A stretch of DNA of 64,000 nt from Sulfuricellaceae bacterium (GCA_041674485.1 JBAYVP010000002.1:9897-73896); one strand, 5' to 3'. Numbered from the stretch's first letter, positions 51,112-61,084 are shown. A program made the numbers and translations. The notes: generated by a model from the letters alone, not told the origin.

Positions 51112-53991
51112 ATGACCGACATCGAAGCCCAGCAACCCCCGACTCTATCGCCCCTGGAACAAGAAATTCGGGTGACTTTTCAGCAAGCCGTTGCCCATCA
51201 TCAGGCGGGGCAGTTGCAAGAAGCCGGTAATCTTTATCGGGCCATCCTGCAAATCCAACGGGATCATCCGGGCGCAAACCACAATCTGGGGGTTGCTGCG
51301 GTACAGGCGCAAAGGCCTGCTGAGGGATTGGCATATTTTGAAGCGGCGCTGAGATCTGACATGGAGTCGGAGCGATACTGGCTAGATTACATTGATGCGC
51401 TGATTCTATCCGGTCAATTGGACGTTGCGAGGCAGACGCTGGCATTGGGCAAACAGCATGGTTTGCAGGGCGAAGCGATGGAAGCACTGGCGGAGAGAAT
51501 GGTTGTCTGCCAGCGGATTGAGGATCAAGCGGATGCTGCACAGCAGCATAATGTGAAGGGAGCGCAGCCTATACCGGCAACTTTGCAAGATGGCAAAAAA
51601 CAACCCAGACATGCCAAGCTGGCGAAACCACCCAAGAAAGTTGCCGCACGACACGGCATAGAGCCCAATGCCCAAGAGATCAGCGCCCTGGGGCTATTCT
51701 TTGGCCAAGGTCGTTACATAGAAATGGAAGCTGCCGCTAGAAAATTAACGGCAATTTACCCCTTGTATGGAATAGGCTGGAAAGCGCTGGGAATGTCATT
51801 GCTGCAACAAGGGCGTAGTGCAGAAGCACTGGAGTATTTTCAAAGAGCGGTCGCACTATTAAGTGAGGATGCCGAGGCATATAGCAACTTAGGCGGCATT
51901 CTCTATAGCTTGGGATTTTTTTCCGAGGCCGAAGCGAATTTGCGGCGGGCGCTGGAACTCAAGCCCGATTACGCCGAAGCGCATTACAACATGGGCAACG
52001 CACTTTGTGGGCAAGGACGTTTTTCAGAAGCCGAGATCAGATATCGGCATGCTCTGGCAATCAAACCGAATTCAGCGGAGTTGCATTACAATCTGGGCAT
52101 TACACTCAATGAGCAAAATCGATTTTCGGATGCCGAAAACTGCTATCGACGGGCATTAGAAATCAACCCGGATTACTTTAATGCACAAATTAACCTGGGT
52201 AATGTACTAAAGGCGCAAAACAAGTTGGTGGAAGCTGAAGCATGCTGCCGCCGTGCGCTAACAATCAAACCAGATCACGCCAAAGCACATAGCAACTTGG
52301 GGACAATTCTTCAGGGACAGGGGAGATTTGCTGAGGCCCAGGCTAGTTTGCAACATGCATTGGAAATCACGCCAGACTACGCTGAAGCCTTAAGCAACCT
52401 TGGCAATGTATACAAGGATATGGGCAATTTGGCTGGGGCCGAAGCCTGTTATCGGCATGCCATGAAAATCAACCCCGAATATGCAGAAGCATACAGCAAT
52501 CTTGGATCCTGCCTTTTATTACAAGGCCGGCTTCAGGAGGCCGAGAACACCCTGCTGGAAGCATTGAAGAAAAATGATAATTTGGCAGAAGTGCATAACA
52601 ACTTGGGTAATGTTGTTACCTTGCAAGGCAGGCATCGCGAAGCCGAAATCAGTTTCCGACATGCGCTGGAAATCAAACCAGATTATGCGGACGCATACAG
52701 CAACTTTCTTTTCTCACTTAGCCACAGCGAAGCAATTGATGCTCAAGCACTGTTCGCCGAACACTGCCGATTTGGCGAGCAGTTTGAGGCGCACTTGCGC
52801 CCTGGCTGGCCGCAGCACACCAATTCGCGAGACTCAACACGCTGTTTGCAGATTGGTTTTGTCTCAGCCGATTTATGTAACCATGCCGTGGCGAACTTTA
52901 TCGAACCTGTATTGGCGTACTTGGCAAGCCATTCACAGTTATCGCTGCACGCATACTATAACCACACCGTCGAAGATGGTGTCACCCAGCGCATACGCGG
53001 CTATCTGAATCACTGGCATCCCATTGCAGGCATGTCGGACAGTAATCTGGCGCAAAAAATCATCGCGGACGGCATCGATATCCTGATTGACCTTTCAGGC
53101 CATACCGGAAATAACCGCCTGCTGACTTTTGCGCGCAAACCGGCTCCGGTGCAGGCAAGCTGGATGGGTTATCCGGGCACGACAGGTCTGCGCGCCATGG
53201 ATTACTTTCTGGCGGATCGATTTTTACTGCCTCCCGGACAGCTCGATACCCAATTTACAGAAAAAATTGTGCGCATGCCCGCAAGCGCGCCCTTTTTACC
53301 CTTCAAAGACGCACCGCCGGTCAACGCACTGCCTGCCTTGAGCAACGGCTACGTAACCTTTGGCAGCTTCAATCGGCCAAGCAAGCTTAGCCATGCGGTC
53401 ATCGCGCTGTGGGCGCAGCTCCTGCGCGCCTTGCCAGATTCCAGAATGTTGCTGGGCGGCATGCCCGATGCGGTGCAGTACGACACGCTGATCAATTTGT
53501 TCACACAGGAAGGCATCGCTCGGGAACGCTTGGATTTTCATCCGCGCAGCGGCATGGATGACTATCTGGCCCTGCATCACCATGTGGACATATGTCTGGA
53601 TACGTTTCCTTATAATGGCGGCACGACAACCTGTCATGCGCTGTGGATGGGGGTGCCGACGCTAACCCTGGCGGGTGGCACGGCAGCGGGCCGACCGGGT
53701 GCCGCGCTTCTCGGCCATGCTGGCCTGGATGAGTTTGTAGCCCATGATGCAGCGGATTTCATGCAAAAGGGGCTGTATTGGGCAGAGAATCTCGCCACGC
53801 TGTCCGATATCCGTGCAGGATTGCGGGAACGCTTTGCGCATTCGGCGATGGGCCAGCCAGCGGTGGTGGCCGCAGGTGTGGAACGCGCCTTGCGCATTAT
53901 GTGGCAACGCTGGTGCGCGGGCTTGCCGGCGGAATCATTTGAAGTATCATTGCAAGATATTGACGGTACAACGCAGGAGGCTGTCAAATGA
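51112..53991 (+). CDS. TPR-repeat protein fused to a GT41 (SPINDLY/O-GlcNAc-transferase-like) glycosyltransferase; FlmG-like flagellin glycosyltransferase candidate
   Basis: About 11 TPR units (AEAYSNLG..., AEAHYNMGNAL..., AKAHSNLGTIL..., AEALSNLGNVY...). C-terminal GYVTFGSFNRPSKL...MLLGG...HHHVDICLDTFPYNGGTTTCHALWMGVPTLTLAG is typical of Glyco_transf_41. Confidence 0.8.
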   Translation: MTDIEAQQPPTLSPLEQEIRVTFQQAVAHHQAGQLQEAGNLYRAILQIQRDHPGANHNLGVAAVQAQRPAEGLAYFEAALRSDMESERYWLDYIDALILSGQLDVARQTLALGKQHGLQGEAMEALAERMVVCQRIEDQADAAQQHNVKGAQPIPATLQDGKKQPRHAKLAKPPKKVAARHGIEPNAQEISALGLFFGQGRYIEMEAAARKLTAIYPLYGIGWKALGMSLLQQGRSAEALEYFQRAVALLSEDAEAYSNLGGILYSLGFFSEAEANLRRALELKPDYAEAHYNMGNALCGQGRFSEAEIRYRHALAIKPNSAELHYNLGITLNEQNRFSDAENCYRRALEINPDYFNAQINLGNVLKAQNKLVEAEACCRRALTIKPDHAKAHSNLGTILQGQGRFAEAQASLQHALEITPDYAEALSNLGNVYKDMGNLAGAEACYRHAMKINPEYAEAYSNLGSCLLLQGRLQEAENTLLEALKKNDNLAEVHNNLGNVVTLQGRHREAEISFRHALEIKPDYADAYSNFLFSLSHSEAIDAQALFAEHCRFGEQFEAHLRPGWPQHTNSRDSTRCLQIGFVSADLCNHAVANFIEPVLAYLASHSQLSLHAYYNHTVEDGVTQRIRGYLNHWHPIAGMSDSNLAQKIIADGIDILIDLSGHTGNNRLLTFARKPAPVQASWMGYPGTTGLRAMDYFLADRFLLPPGQLDTQFTEKIVRMPASAPFLPFKDAPPVNALPALSNGYVTFGSFNRPSKLSHAVIALWAQLLRALPDSRMLLGGMPDAVQYDTLINLFTQEGIARERLDFHPRSGMDDYLALHHHVDICLDTFPYNGGTTTCHALWMGVPTLTLAGGTAAGRPGAALLGHAGLDEFVAHDAADFMQKGLYWAENLATLSDIRAGLRERFAHSAMGQPAVVAAGVERALRIMWQRWCAGLPAESFEVSLQDIDGTTQEAVK

Positions 53992-55109
53992 CGCAATCAC
54001 GGGAAACGCCAATTTATGTCACGCAACCTTCCTTGCCTCCGCTGGAGGAATTCATTCCCTATTTGCAGCAAATCTGGGAAAGCCGGCGGCTGACCAACAG
54101 CGGCCCGTTTCACCAGCAATTTGAACAGGTATTGTGCGACCACTTGGGCGTGAAGCATCTGTCCCTGTTCGCCAACGGCACCCTGGCGCTGGTTACCGCC
54201 CTCCAAGCCTTGCGCATCACTGGCGAAGTCATCACCACGCCCTATTCGTTTGTGGCTACTGCCCATTCGCTGCTGTGGAACGGAATCAAGCCGGTATTTG
54301 CAGACATCGACCCGATCACGCTCAACCTCGATCCTGACAAAATCGAGGCCGCCATCACCCCGCAAACTACCGCCATCATGCCGGTACACTGCTACGGTCA
54401 CCCTTGCGATGTAGATGCCATTCAGAAAATTGCCGATAACTACAATTTGAAAGTCGTCTACGATGCCGCACATGCCTTTGGCGTGCAACGCAATGACAGT
54501 AGTGTGCTTAATCACGGCGATTTGTCGGTACTGAGTTTCCATGCTACCAAGGTATTCAACACCTTCGAAGGCGGCGCCATTATCTGCCACGATGCCAAAA
54601 CCAAACAGCGTATCGACCACCTGAAAAACTTTGGTTTTGTGGACGAGGTAACCGTGGTCGCTCCCGGCATCAACGGCAAGATGAGCGAAATCAATGCCGC
54701 CTTTGGCTTGTTGCAACTCAAGGGTATCGATGAAGCCCTGCAGAAGCGCAAAGCCATTGACGCCCGTTACCGGGATGCTCTGGCCGGAGTCAAGGGAATC
54801 CGCTGCCTGTCGGCTGCAGGCGAAAAAGTGGCGAACTACGCCTACTTCCCAATTCTGGTGCAACCGGACTATCCCTTGATCCGTGATGCGTTGTATCAAA
54901 AGCTGCAGGACAACGGCATTTATGCGAGGCGCTATTTCTACCCGTTGATCAGCGATTTCCCGATGTACCGGGGAATGCCTTCGGCGGCGCATGCGAATTT
55001 GCCGGTGGCAAGAAAAGTGGCGGAGCAGGTGATTTGTTTGCCGATTTATCCGGATTTATCCAATGGCCAAATTGATTCTATTCTTGATCTGATCATGCCA
55101 ATCAACTGA
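53988..55109 (+). CDS. DegT/DnrJ/EryC1/StrS-family PLP-dependent sugar aminotransferase
   Basis: PIYVTQPSLPPLEEF...SGPFHQQFE...DLSVLSFHATKVFNTFEGGAI (PLP-Lys block). ATGA overlap with the upstream gene. Confidence 0.9.
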   Translation: MTQSRETPIYVTQPSLPPLEEFIPYLQQIWESRRLTNSGPFHQQFEQVLCDHLGVKHLSLFANGTLALVTALQALRITGEVITTPYSFVATAHSLLWNGIKPVFADIDPITLNLDPDKIEAAITPQTTAIMPVHCYGHPCDVDAIQKIADNYNLKVVYDAAHAFGVQRNDSSVLNHGDLSVLSFHATKVFNTFEGGAIICHDAKTKQRIDHLKNFGFVDEVTVVAPGINGKMSEINAAFGLLQLKGIDEALQKRKAIDARYRDALAGVKGIRCLSAAGEKVANYAYFPILVQPDYPLIRDALYQKLQDNGIYARRYFYPLISDFPMYRGMPSAAHANLPVARKVAEQVICLPIYPDLSNGQIDSILDLIMPIN

Positions 55110-55314
55110 CATTGGGAATCACGGTAGCGTCACGAAACAAAATGCGAAATAATCTCCGGATAGAGCCACACCAAATTATGAGGATTGCGCCCATGCCCAC
55201 CATACCCAGACCAACGGCTGGCGACTACCTTGATGCTTTTACCGATGCTGGTGAAACTCAAGCCATGTTGCTTTATAAAGAAGTGGATGCCGATTATCTG
55301 TTGATCGGCAGACC

Positions 55315-55614
55315 ATGCGCCTGAATGCCCACCAAATCCAAGTTATTCTCCAACTGGCTCACCAAGTGGCAGGGCATCAAACCCGTGTGAGAGTTTTCGG
55401 ATCCAGGCTTGACGACACCGCGCGTGGCGGAGATATTGACCTCATGCTTGAATTGCCGGAACCTGTGGATAACCCTGCGCTCATGGCCGCGCAGGTGTCA
55501 GCGCAAGTGTCGCGCGCCATGCACGGGCGCAAAGTGGACGTGCTGCTCAGCGCGCCCAACCTCATGCGACTTCCCATCCACGATATTGCATTCAAAGAAG
55601 GGCAATTGCTGTGA
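55315..55614 (+). CDS. Minimal nucleotidyltransferase (MNT-type antitoxin-like)
   Basis: VFGSRLDDTARGGDIDLMLE (GS-x10-DxD NTase motif). 99 aa. 4 nt overlap with the HEPN-like partner. Confidence 0.8.
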   Translation: MRLNAHQIQVILQLAHQVAGHQTRVRVFGSRLDDTARGGDIDLMLELPEPVDNPALMAAQVSAQVSRAMHGRKVDVLLSAPNLMRLPIHDIAFKEGQLL

Positions 55615-56090
55615 CAGAGAAGCCCAAAATTGTGCCGCGCCTGCAATTTTTAGCTCGGGTCGTGCGTAAGGAATGCCAGCACCTCACCACGACAGACCAG
55701 CGTTTGTTTGACGGTTTGTTCACTATAGAGCAGGCCGCCCAGCTCGAAGCAGACCATGATCTGGCGGAGCGTGTGGAAGCCTTTGTCGGCAGGTTCGGCC
55801 GCTTGCAAGATACGGTGGGCGACAAGCTGCTGCCCTTGCTATTGGATGGGCTAGGTGAAAAATCATTGGCCGTCATCGACAACCTTGACCGGGCCGAACG
55901 CCTGGGGCTGCTTCAGTCGGCTGACGAATGGATGGCCATTCGCAACCTCAGAAACCAGATGATTCACGAATATGTTGAAGACCCGGCCATCCTCTGCAGC
56001 GCCTTGCAAACAGGGCATGTTTTTGTGCCAACGCTCATCGTCGCGGCCAACAAAATGATTGCTGAAATCGAGCGGCGTGGCTGGGCGTGA
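55611..56090 (+). CDS. HEPN-like protein (R-x4-H), partner of the MNT
   Basis: ...EWMAIRNLRNQMIHEY (RNQMIH = R-x4-H). Helical, 159 aa. Confidence 0.65.
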   Translation: MTEKPKIVPRLQFLARVVRKECQHLTTTDQRLFDGLFTIEQAAQLEADHDLAERVEAFVGRFGRLQDTVGDKLLPLLLDGLGEKSLAVIDNLDRAERLGLLQSADEWMAIRNLRNQMIHEYVEDPAILCSALQTGHVFVPTLIVAANKMIAEIERRGWA

Positions 56091-56128
56091 AGTTGGCTAA
56101 TTTGGCATGCAAAACCGGATATGCTGAG

Positions 56129-56291
56129 ATGAGTGACTTAGTGAAAATAGAAAACCTGAAAAAACTGATCATCTAAATCCGGGGGGCAGGGTGTGCTGCT
56201 TGATAGCGATGTCGCCAAAATTTATGGGGTTGAAACCAAACGAATCAATGAGGCAGTAAAAAACAATCCCGATAAATTTCCGCAGGATTAT
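56129..56291 (+). pseudogene. ORF6N/KilA-N-like domain gene remnant
   Basis: MSDLVKIENLKKLII-TAA-IRG then, after a G6 run that shifts the frame, QGVLLDSDVAKIYGVETKRINEAVKNNPDKFPQDY. This matches the ORF6N signature IRGQ.VMLD.DLA.LYGVETK.LN..VKRN..RFP.DF. It is truncated by an R3 REP copy (56297-56330). Confidence 0.6.
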
Positions 56292-56486
56292 GCGGCGCTC
56301 TGTCGGGATGAATCCCGACCTACAAAATCCACCCCCGGTTCATAAAAGGTGCTTTTACAATTTCTGCAACCCTAAGCGGGTAATGAAAAATCTTGCCATC
56401 ATGCAGAACCATTTGCCCACGTTCGTTAATGATAGGATGCGATTTCTTGTGTCCCTTGCGGACTTTGATCTAACACAAGGACAGTG

Positions 56487-56792
56487 ATGCGATTAACTGA
56501 CCAGCAGTGCGCCATAATTCGCGCAACCGTTGCTGAAACTTTTGGTGCAAGGGCCGATGTGTGGCTGTTTGGATCAAGGGTGGATGACAGCAAGCGAGGG
56601 GGGGACATTGATCTTTTGATTGAAACAGATCAAGTTGACGTCGATGCAATAGCGCGAGCTGAAATTTCCTTCCTGACCAAGATACAAATGAAATTGGGCG
56701 AGCAAAAAATAGATGTGCTGCTGGATTACCCCTCGCGTAAAACCCGCCCGCCCATTTTTTCCGTTGCCAAACAAACCGGTATTTTGCTATGA
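56487..56792 (+). CDS. Minimal nucleotidyltransferase (MNT-type), paralogue of 55315-55614
   Basis: LFGSRVDDSKRGGDIDLLIE. 4 nt overlap with the next gene. Confidence 0.8.
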   Translation: MRLTDQQCAIIRATVAETFGARADVWLFGSRVDDSKRGGDIDLLIETDQVDVDAIARAEISFLTKIQMKLGEQKIDVLLDYPSRKTRPPIFSVAKQTGILL

Positions 56793-57325
56793 GTAACGAT
56801 GTTTCATCACTTCGACTGCAAGACGCTTGGCGCGAATGCGAGCGCAACGTTTATCACCTGTGCCGTGCATTAACATCGCTCGATTCCATTTTACCGATGA
56901 CTGGGAAGAGGCTCGAGTATCTGACCGATGCGCAGGTGCAAGCGCTAGACCAATTCATCCTGCGTTTTACAAAATTGCAGGACGCGATGGGCGGTCGTTT
57001 GTTTCCGGCTATCCTGCAATATCTGCAGGAGCAATATGAAGAACGCCCAATGCTGGACAAACTTAACCGACTGGAAAAACTAGGGTATATCCAAAGTGCA
57101 GAGGCATGGCAGAACATTCGTACTGCTCGCAACAAATTCGCCCATGATTATCCCGATGACTGGGAAAAGAATGCCGCACTAATCAATGTGGCCTGCGAAG
57201 CTGCTGCAGATATGTACAACATTCTGGCGGGCATAGAGAAGAAGTTGAAAATCGATCAGCCGCTTCTTGAATTGGGTAAGGCTTTGACGGTGGATTATCC
57301 GAAACCATCGTCTCGCTGCAAATAA
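56789..57325 (+). CDS. HEPN-like protein (R-x4-H), paralogue of 55611-56090
   Basis: ...AWQNIRTARNKFAHDY (RNKFAH). Shares the ...RF.KLQD..G..L.P.. block with 55611-56090. Confidence 0.65.
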   Translation: MSNDVSSLRLQDAWRECERNVYHLCRALTSLDSILPMTGKRLEYLTDAQVQALDQFILRFTKLQDAMGGRLFPAILQYLQEQYEERPMLDKLNRLEKLGYIQSAEAWQNIRTARNKFAHDYPDDWEKNAALINVACEAAADMYNILAGIEKKLKIDQPLLELGKALTVDYPKPSSRCK

Positions 57326-57342
57326 GTGTTCGCCAGTTGAAA

Positions 57343-58041
57343 ATGAAACTGGCCATCATGCAGCCCTATTTTTTGCCCTACATCGGCTATTTTCAGTTGA
57401 TGGCGGCAGTGGATAAATTTGTGGTACTGGATGACGTCAATTACATCAATCGTGGCTGGGTCAACAGGAATCGACTATTGCTCAACGGTGTTGCCCATAC
57501 GTTCACTGTGCCGCTGCGCGGCGCCAGTCAAAACAGGCTGATTTGCGAAATCGAATTGGATGATGCGCAAGGCTGGCGGGTAAAATTGCTGCGCACCATC
57601 CGGCAGGCTTACGGAAAGGCGCCTTGCTATGCACAAGCCTATCCCCTGATGGAAAACTTGATCAATTATCCATCGGTCCGGCTTGACGAATTTTTACTCA
57701 ATAGCCTCCGTGAAGTCGCGTGTTACCTGTCGCTGGAAGTGGAAATTGTAGCCAGCTCGCGTATCTATCGGAATACGCATTTGAAAGGGCAGGAGCGGAT
57801 TCTGGATATCTGCCGGCAAGAGCAAGCCAGCATTTATATAAACCCGATTGGCGGTGTAGATTTGTATGACCGAGCCAGCTTTTCGAAGCAAGATTTGTCG
57901 CTTTATTTTTTGCGCTCGCGCCAGGTTGGCTACACCCAAGAAAAAGGCGAGCATGTGCCGTGGCTATCGATCATGGACGTGCTGATGTTCAACGAAACGA
58001 GCGTTGTTCGGCGATTATTCACCGAGATTGATTTGGTTTGA
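57343..58041 (+). CDS. WbqC-family protein (sugar-modification cluster protein)
   Basis: MKLAIMQPYFLPYIGYFQLMAAVDKFVVLDDVNY is the diagnostic WbqC N-terminus. Confidence 0.85.
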   Translation: MKLAIMQPYFLPYIGYFQLMAAVDKFVVLDDVNYINRGWVNRNRLLLNGVAHTFTVPLRGASQNRLICEIELDDAQGWRVKLLRTIRQAYGKAPCYAQAYPLMENLINYPSVRLDEFLLNSLREVACYLSLEVEIVASSRIYRNTHLKGQERILDICRQEQASIYINPIGGVDLYDRASFSKQDLSLYFLRSRQVGYTQEKGEHVPWLSIMDVLMFNETSVVRRLFTEIDLV

Positions 58042-58094
58042 AACCAGCGGCAAGCTATAAACTTGCATCGCTTTAATTATTACATTGGAGGCTT

Positions 58095-58841
58095 ATGATG
58101 ACCGAAGCGGCACCGGCAAGATGTTTTCGTACTATCGGCATGGAGGCAAGCAAGTTCGATGATCGCCGAGAGCTTTATTGGCAGGGTATACGGGAAATTC
58201 TTTCGATGGGCTATCCGCCAGAGGATCTGATTCATCATTTTCCGTTATTCGCGGGCCATGTCTGTCTGGGGAGGTATTTGGCTCTGTATGAAGCTTACAA
58301 GCTGACTACGGGCATCGCAGGACATATTGCCGAGGCAGGTGTCTGGAAGGGGTCTTCATTGCTTTGGCTGGCAAAGCTGACGCAGCTTTTCGAGCCGGAA
58401 TCATTAACCCAAACTCACGGATTTGATTGGTTCAAAGGGGCGCAACCAGAAGAGGACGAGGCGCATCTGGTTAGCCAGGGGGCATATACCGAGAGCCGCG
58501 AACGTGTTCAGGCAATGATCGATGCTCAGAGACTCAACCGTCTTGTAATGCTTCATGAGCTGGATCTGTCAAAAGATCTCGATCAGTTCTTCACGGATTA
58601 TCCACATCTGCAATTCAAAATGGTCTTTCTCGATTGCGGCCTGTACAAAGTCGTCAGGCATTGCATCGAACATTTCTGGCCCCGGCTAACGCCTGGAGGC
58701 GTTCTCCTTCTGGACAACCTCAATCATGAAACAGCCCCGGGTGAAACTCAGGCCGTCCGCGAGTTGCTTCCAGAATTAACCCTGCGCACTTTTCCGTTTG
58801 CCCAGCAACCGACAGCGTATATCGTCAAGCCTGCCAAATAA
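58095..58841 (+). CDS. TylF/MycF-like class I SAM-dependent O-methyltransferase
   Basis: IAEAGVWKGSSLLWLA...FDWFKG...MVFLDCGLYKVVRHCIEHFWPRLTPGGVLLLDN. Confidence 0.7.
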   Translation: MMTEAAPARCFRTIGMEASKFDDRRELYWQGIREILSMGYPPEDLIHHFPLFAGHVCLGRYLALYEAYKLTTGIAGHIAEAGVWKGSSLLWLAKLTQLFEPESLTQTHGFDWFKGAQPEEDEAHLVSQGAYTESRERVQAMIDAQRLNRLVMLHELDLSKDLDQFFTDYPHLQFKMVFLDCGLYKVVRHCIEHFWPRLTPGGVLLLDNLNHETAPGETQAVRELLPELTLRTFPFAQQPTAYIVKPAK

Positions 58842-59916
58842 TGAGTACATTGCTTGTGTTTCCCAGCAGCATGAGTGATGCGCTACCGTTTATCGAGCAG
58901 GCGCGCAATTTTGGTGCCACAGTCGTTGGCGCATCTTCCCTGAAACATGACCCTAATGTTTCACGTTGTGACTTTTGGTTATGGCTGCCAGGAATTAATG
59001 ATGCAGGCTTTGCTGAGAGTTTGCGTGTAGCCGTAGATTCTTACGGAATTGATGGAATATTTTGCCCAAACAACGTAGCTCACGGCGTCATTGACACTAT
59101 GATCAAGGAGGGGAGCATTCAGGCAAGATTGCTTGCTTTGCCTTTCCATCAGGAAATCGCGCGTTATAACAATCTCGAATTACGTGCCGATGCTGCCTTG
59201 AATCTGGCAAAAACAATCAGCAGCGAAGCAGATTGCCTTGCGCCTTTAAATGTGGCCGCCTGGCTGCATTATGTCGATGCCATCATGGGACAATCCGGCG
59301 AAGCCAAACTGGCAGCGTTGATTGGTGCTATGGTCAGTGCACCTCGAGGTGATGTGGTTGAGATCGGCGCCTACTTTGGGAAATCCGCTGCTTGGCTGAC
59401 GCTTATTGCACGTGGCCTTGATACAATACAGGCAATGTGCTGGCAATCGACCCATGGTTGCCAGATGAGGCAGTTCAATACGATGCGCCGCTTCATGTAC
59501 AGCGGCTATCTGATGGAGACTACTGGGAAACAGTAGCACAGGCTTGCGTAATGAATCTCATTCCGATTGCATCTGAGCGTTTCAATTTCCTCCGAATGCC
59601 GGCAACACAGGCACTTCCGCAATACGAGTCTGGTCGTGTTTATTCAACTGCTTTTGGCGCAACGGCATTCAGCGGCCAGGTCGCATTACTGCATATTGAT
59701 GGAAACCATGACTATCGCGCAGTCGCTGCGGATGTGGCGCAGTGGGCACCGAAGCTTGCACCAAGTGGCTGGTTGGTCATTGATGACTACTGCTGGCCCC
59801 ATGGCGATGGGCCGCGCCGGATTGGCGATGCGTTTCTTGCCGAGAGGTCAGATGCCATTACTCAGGCCTTTGTTGTGGATGGCGCGCTGTTCATCAAGCT
59901 TGGGAATAGCAAGTAA
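58841..59916 (+). pseudogene. Frameshifted class I SAM-dependent methyltransferase (Methyltransf_24-like) with an N-terminal extra domain
   Basis: SAM motif I VVEIGAYFGKSAAWLTLIARGLD is in frame 2 (ORF 58841-59536). The expected continuation GNVLAIDPW...ALLHIDGNHDY...GWLVIDDY is in frame 1 (ORF 59437-59916). The frames switch near 59420-59435. Confidence 0.65.
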
Positions 59917-59963
59917 AGTAATAGCTTTGATAAGTACAAAATTTTCGTTTTGACCTGTCTTGG

Positions 59964-60917
59964 CTATGTCTGATTGACATCATCTTTGAGTTCAGCATAG
60001 CCAAAGCCATCCCTACCAAAATAATTGCCGCAATAGAACATCAATATCTTTTTATCCAGCTCAATGATGTTGGGATAGCAGGCCATCTCAGAGTCCCAGC
60101 CACTATTGGAAAGTGCGATTCCGGCTTTTGAATCGTCTCGTTGCCAATTTTCCAGATCGTTTGATTTTGCATAGCCAATTCGATAACCGCCCTCGGCATT
60201 TCTGAATTGCAGGCCGCGTCGATAGGAAAACCACATGTGCCACGAACCGTCTCTAAAAATAACCGCCTGGCCTGCATGGCATTCATTGTCTTCTCTGGTT
60301 TCAATTACGGGCTTTCCATCTCTTTTCCAATAGATTCCGTCGGTTGATGTAGCGTGAACTATCCGGTATATCGCCTCCATGCGGCCATCGACATCGGGTA
60401 TCCATTCCGTCCCCGTCAGATACCACATGTGCCATATCCCGTTGATAATCTTCACATGCGGCCCTTGCTGAAGATAAGGCTCATTGTGCGACGCACCCAA
60501 TATCGGGCCTTTTGAAAAGCGCTCGAATGTAAGTCCGTCATCTTTGCTGATTGCCAACCCGATGGCGCGATTGAATGGCACGGATTGCATCCGTGTCCAC
60601 CCGACGTAGTAAAGCCAAATTTCGTTTTCAACTCTGACTACGGAAATCGGATGAAGCCCAAATTCATCGAAGCAGCCGGCCTCGCCCAAAGATAAGACCG
60701 GTTTGTCGCCGTGACGCAAAATCTTGGCCGGGTCGCTTCTGCTTACGTCGATAAAACCAATCTGAGAAACAGGGAGTCTGTCTTGGGTTTTGGGGCGACA
60801 GCCAAAATAGATGCGGATAAAGTCGCCAAAGACTAGAGGCGTCGGTACTTGTGCATACGAATGCATCCAGCTATCCGGTGATGGGGCGAAGATATGCCCT
60901 TTCTTTATCCAGCGCAT
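59964..60917 (-). CDS. GH43/32-like five-bladed beta-propeller superfamily protein (function unknown, sugar-cluster associated)
   Basis: 317 aa with repeated W-x-(L/M)-(Y/W)Y... blades (IWLYYVGW, IWHMWYLTG, SWHMWFSY, ILMFYCG). No signal peptide. Confidence 0.5.
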   Translation of the reverse strand: MRWIKKGHIFAPSPDSWMHSYAQVPTPLVFGDFIRIYFGCRPKTQDRLPVSQIGFIDVSRSDPAKILRHGDKPVLSLGEAGCFDEFGLHPISVVRVENEIWLYYVGWTRMQSVPFNRAIGLAISKDDGLTFERFSKGPILGASHNEPYLQQGPHVKIINGIWHMWYLTGTEWIPDVDGRMEAIYRIVHATSTDGIYWKRDGKPVIETREDNECHAGQAVIFRDGSWHMWFSYRRGLQFRNAEGGYRIGYAKSNDLENWQRDDSKAGIALSNSGWDSEMACYPNIIELDKKILMFYCGNYFGRDGFGYAELKDDVNQT

Positions 60918-60989
60918 TTGATCTTCATCATAACAAACATGGCAGTAGCCACTCCTGATAATAAAACGTCTCGCAAGATTGCTCCACCT

Positions 60990-61070
60990 TTTACCCCTCC
61001 CGGCCTCCCCTTGTCAGGGGAGGAGGTGGGCTCTCCCCTGACAAGGGGGAGCTGGAGGGGGTTTGGGGTT
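60990..61070. repeat. REP family R6 (CTCCCCTTGTCAGGGGAG / CTCCCCTGACAAGGGGGAG)
   Basis: Two opposed 18-19 bp hairpin-forming units at 61005-61022 and 61032-61050, in the intergenic gap. Confidence 0.65.
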
Positions 61071-61084
61071 CCATTTCGTGTGTT

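Noticed and set aside
53997-54992. 331 aa minus-strand ORF
   Set aside because: It is antisense to the DegT-family aminotransferase, whose PLP-lysine block (SFHATK) is unambiguous.
55112-55324. 70 aa ORF (TTG start) between the aminotransferase and the first MNT gene
   Set aside because: No motif, a weak start, and it overlaps the MNT start. It cannot be supported from sequence alone.
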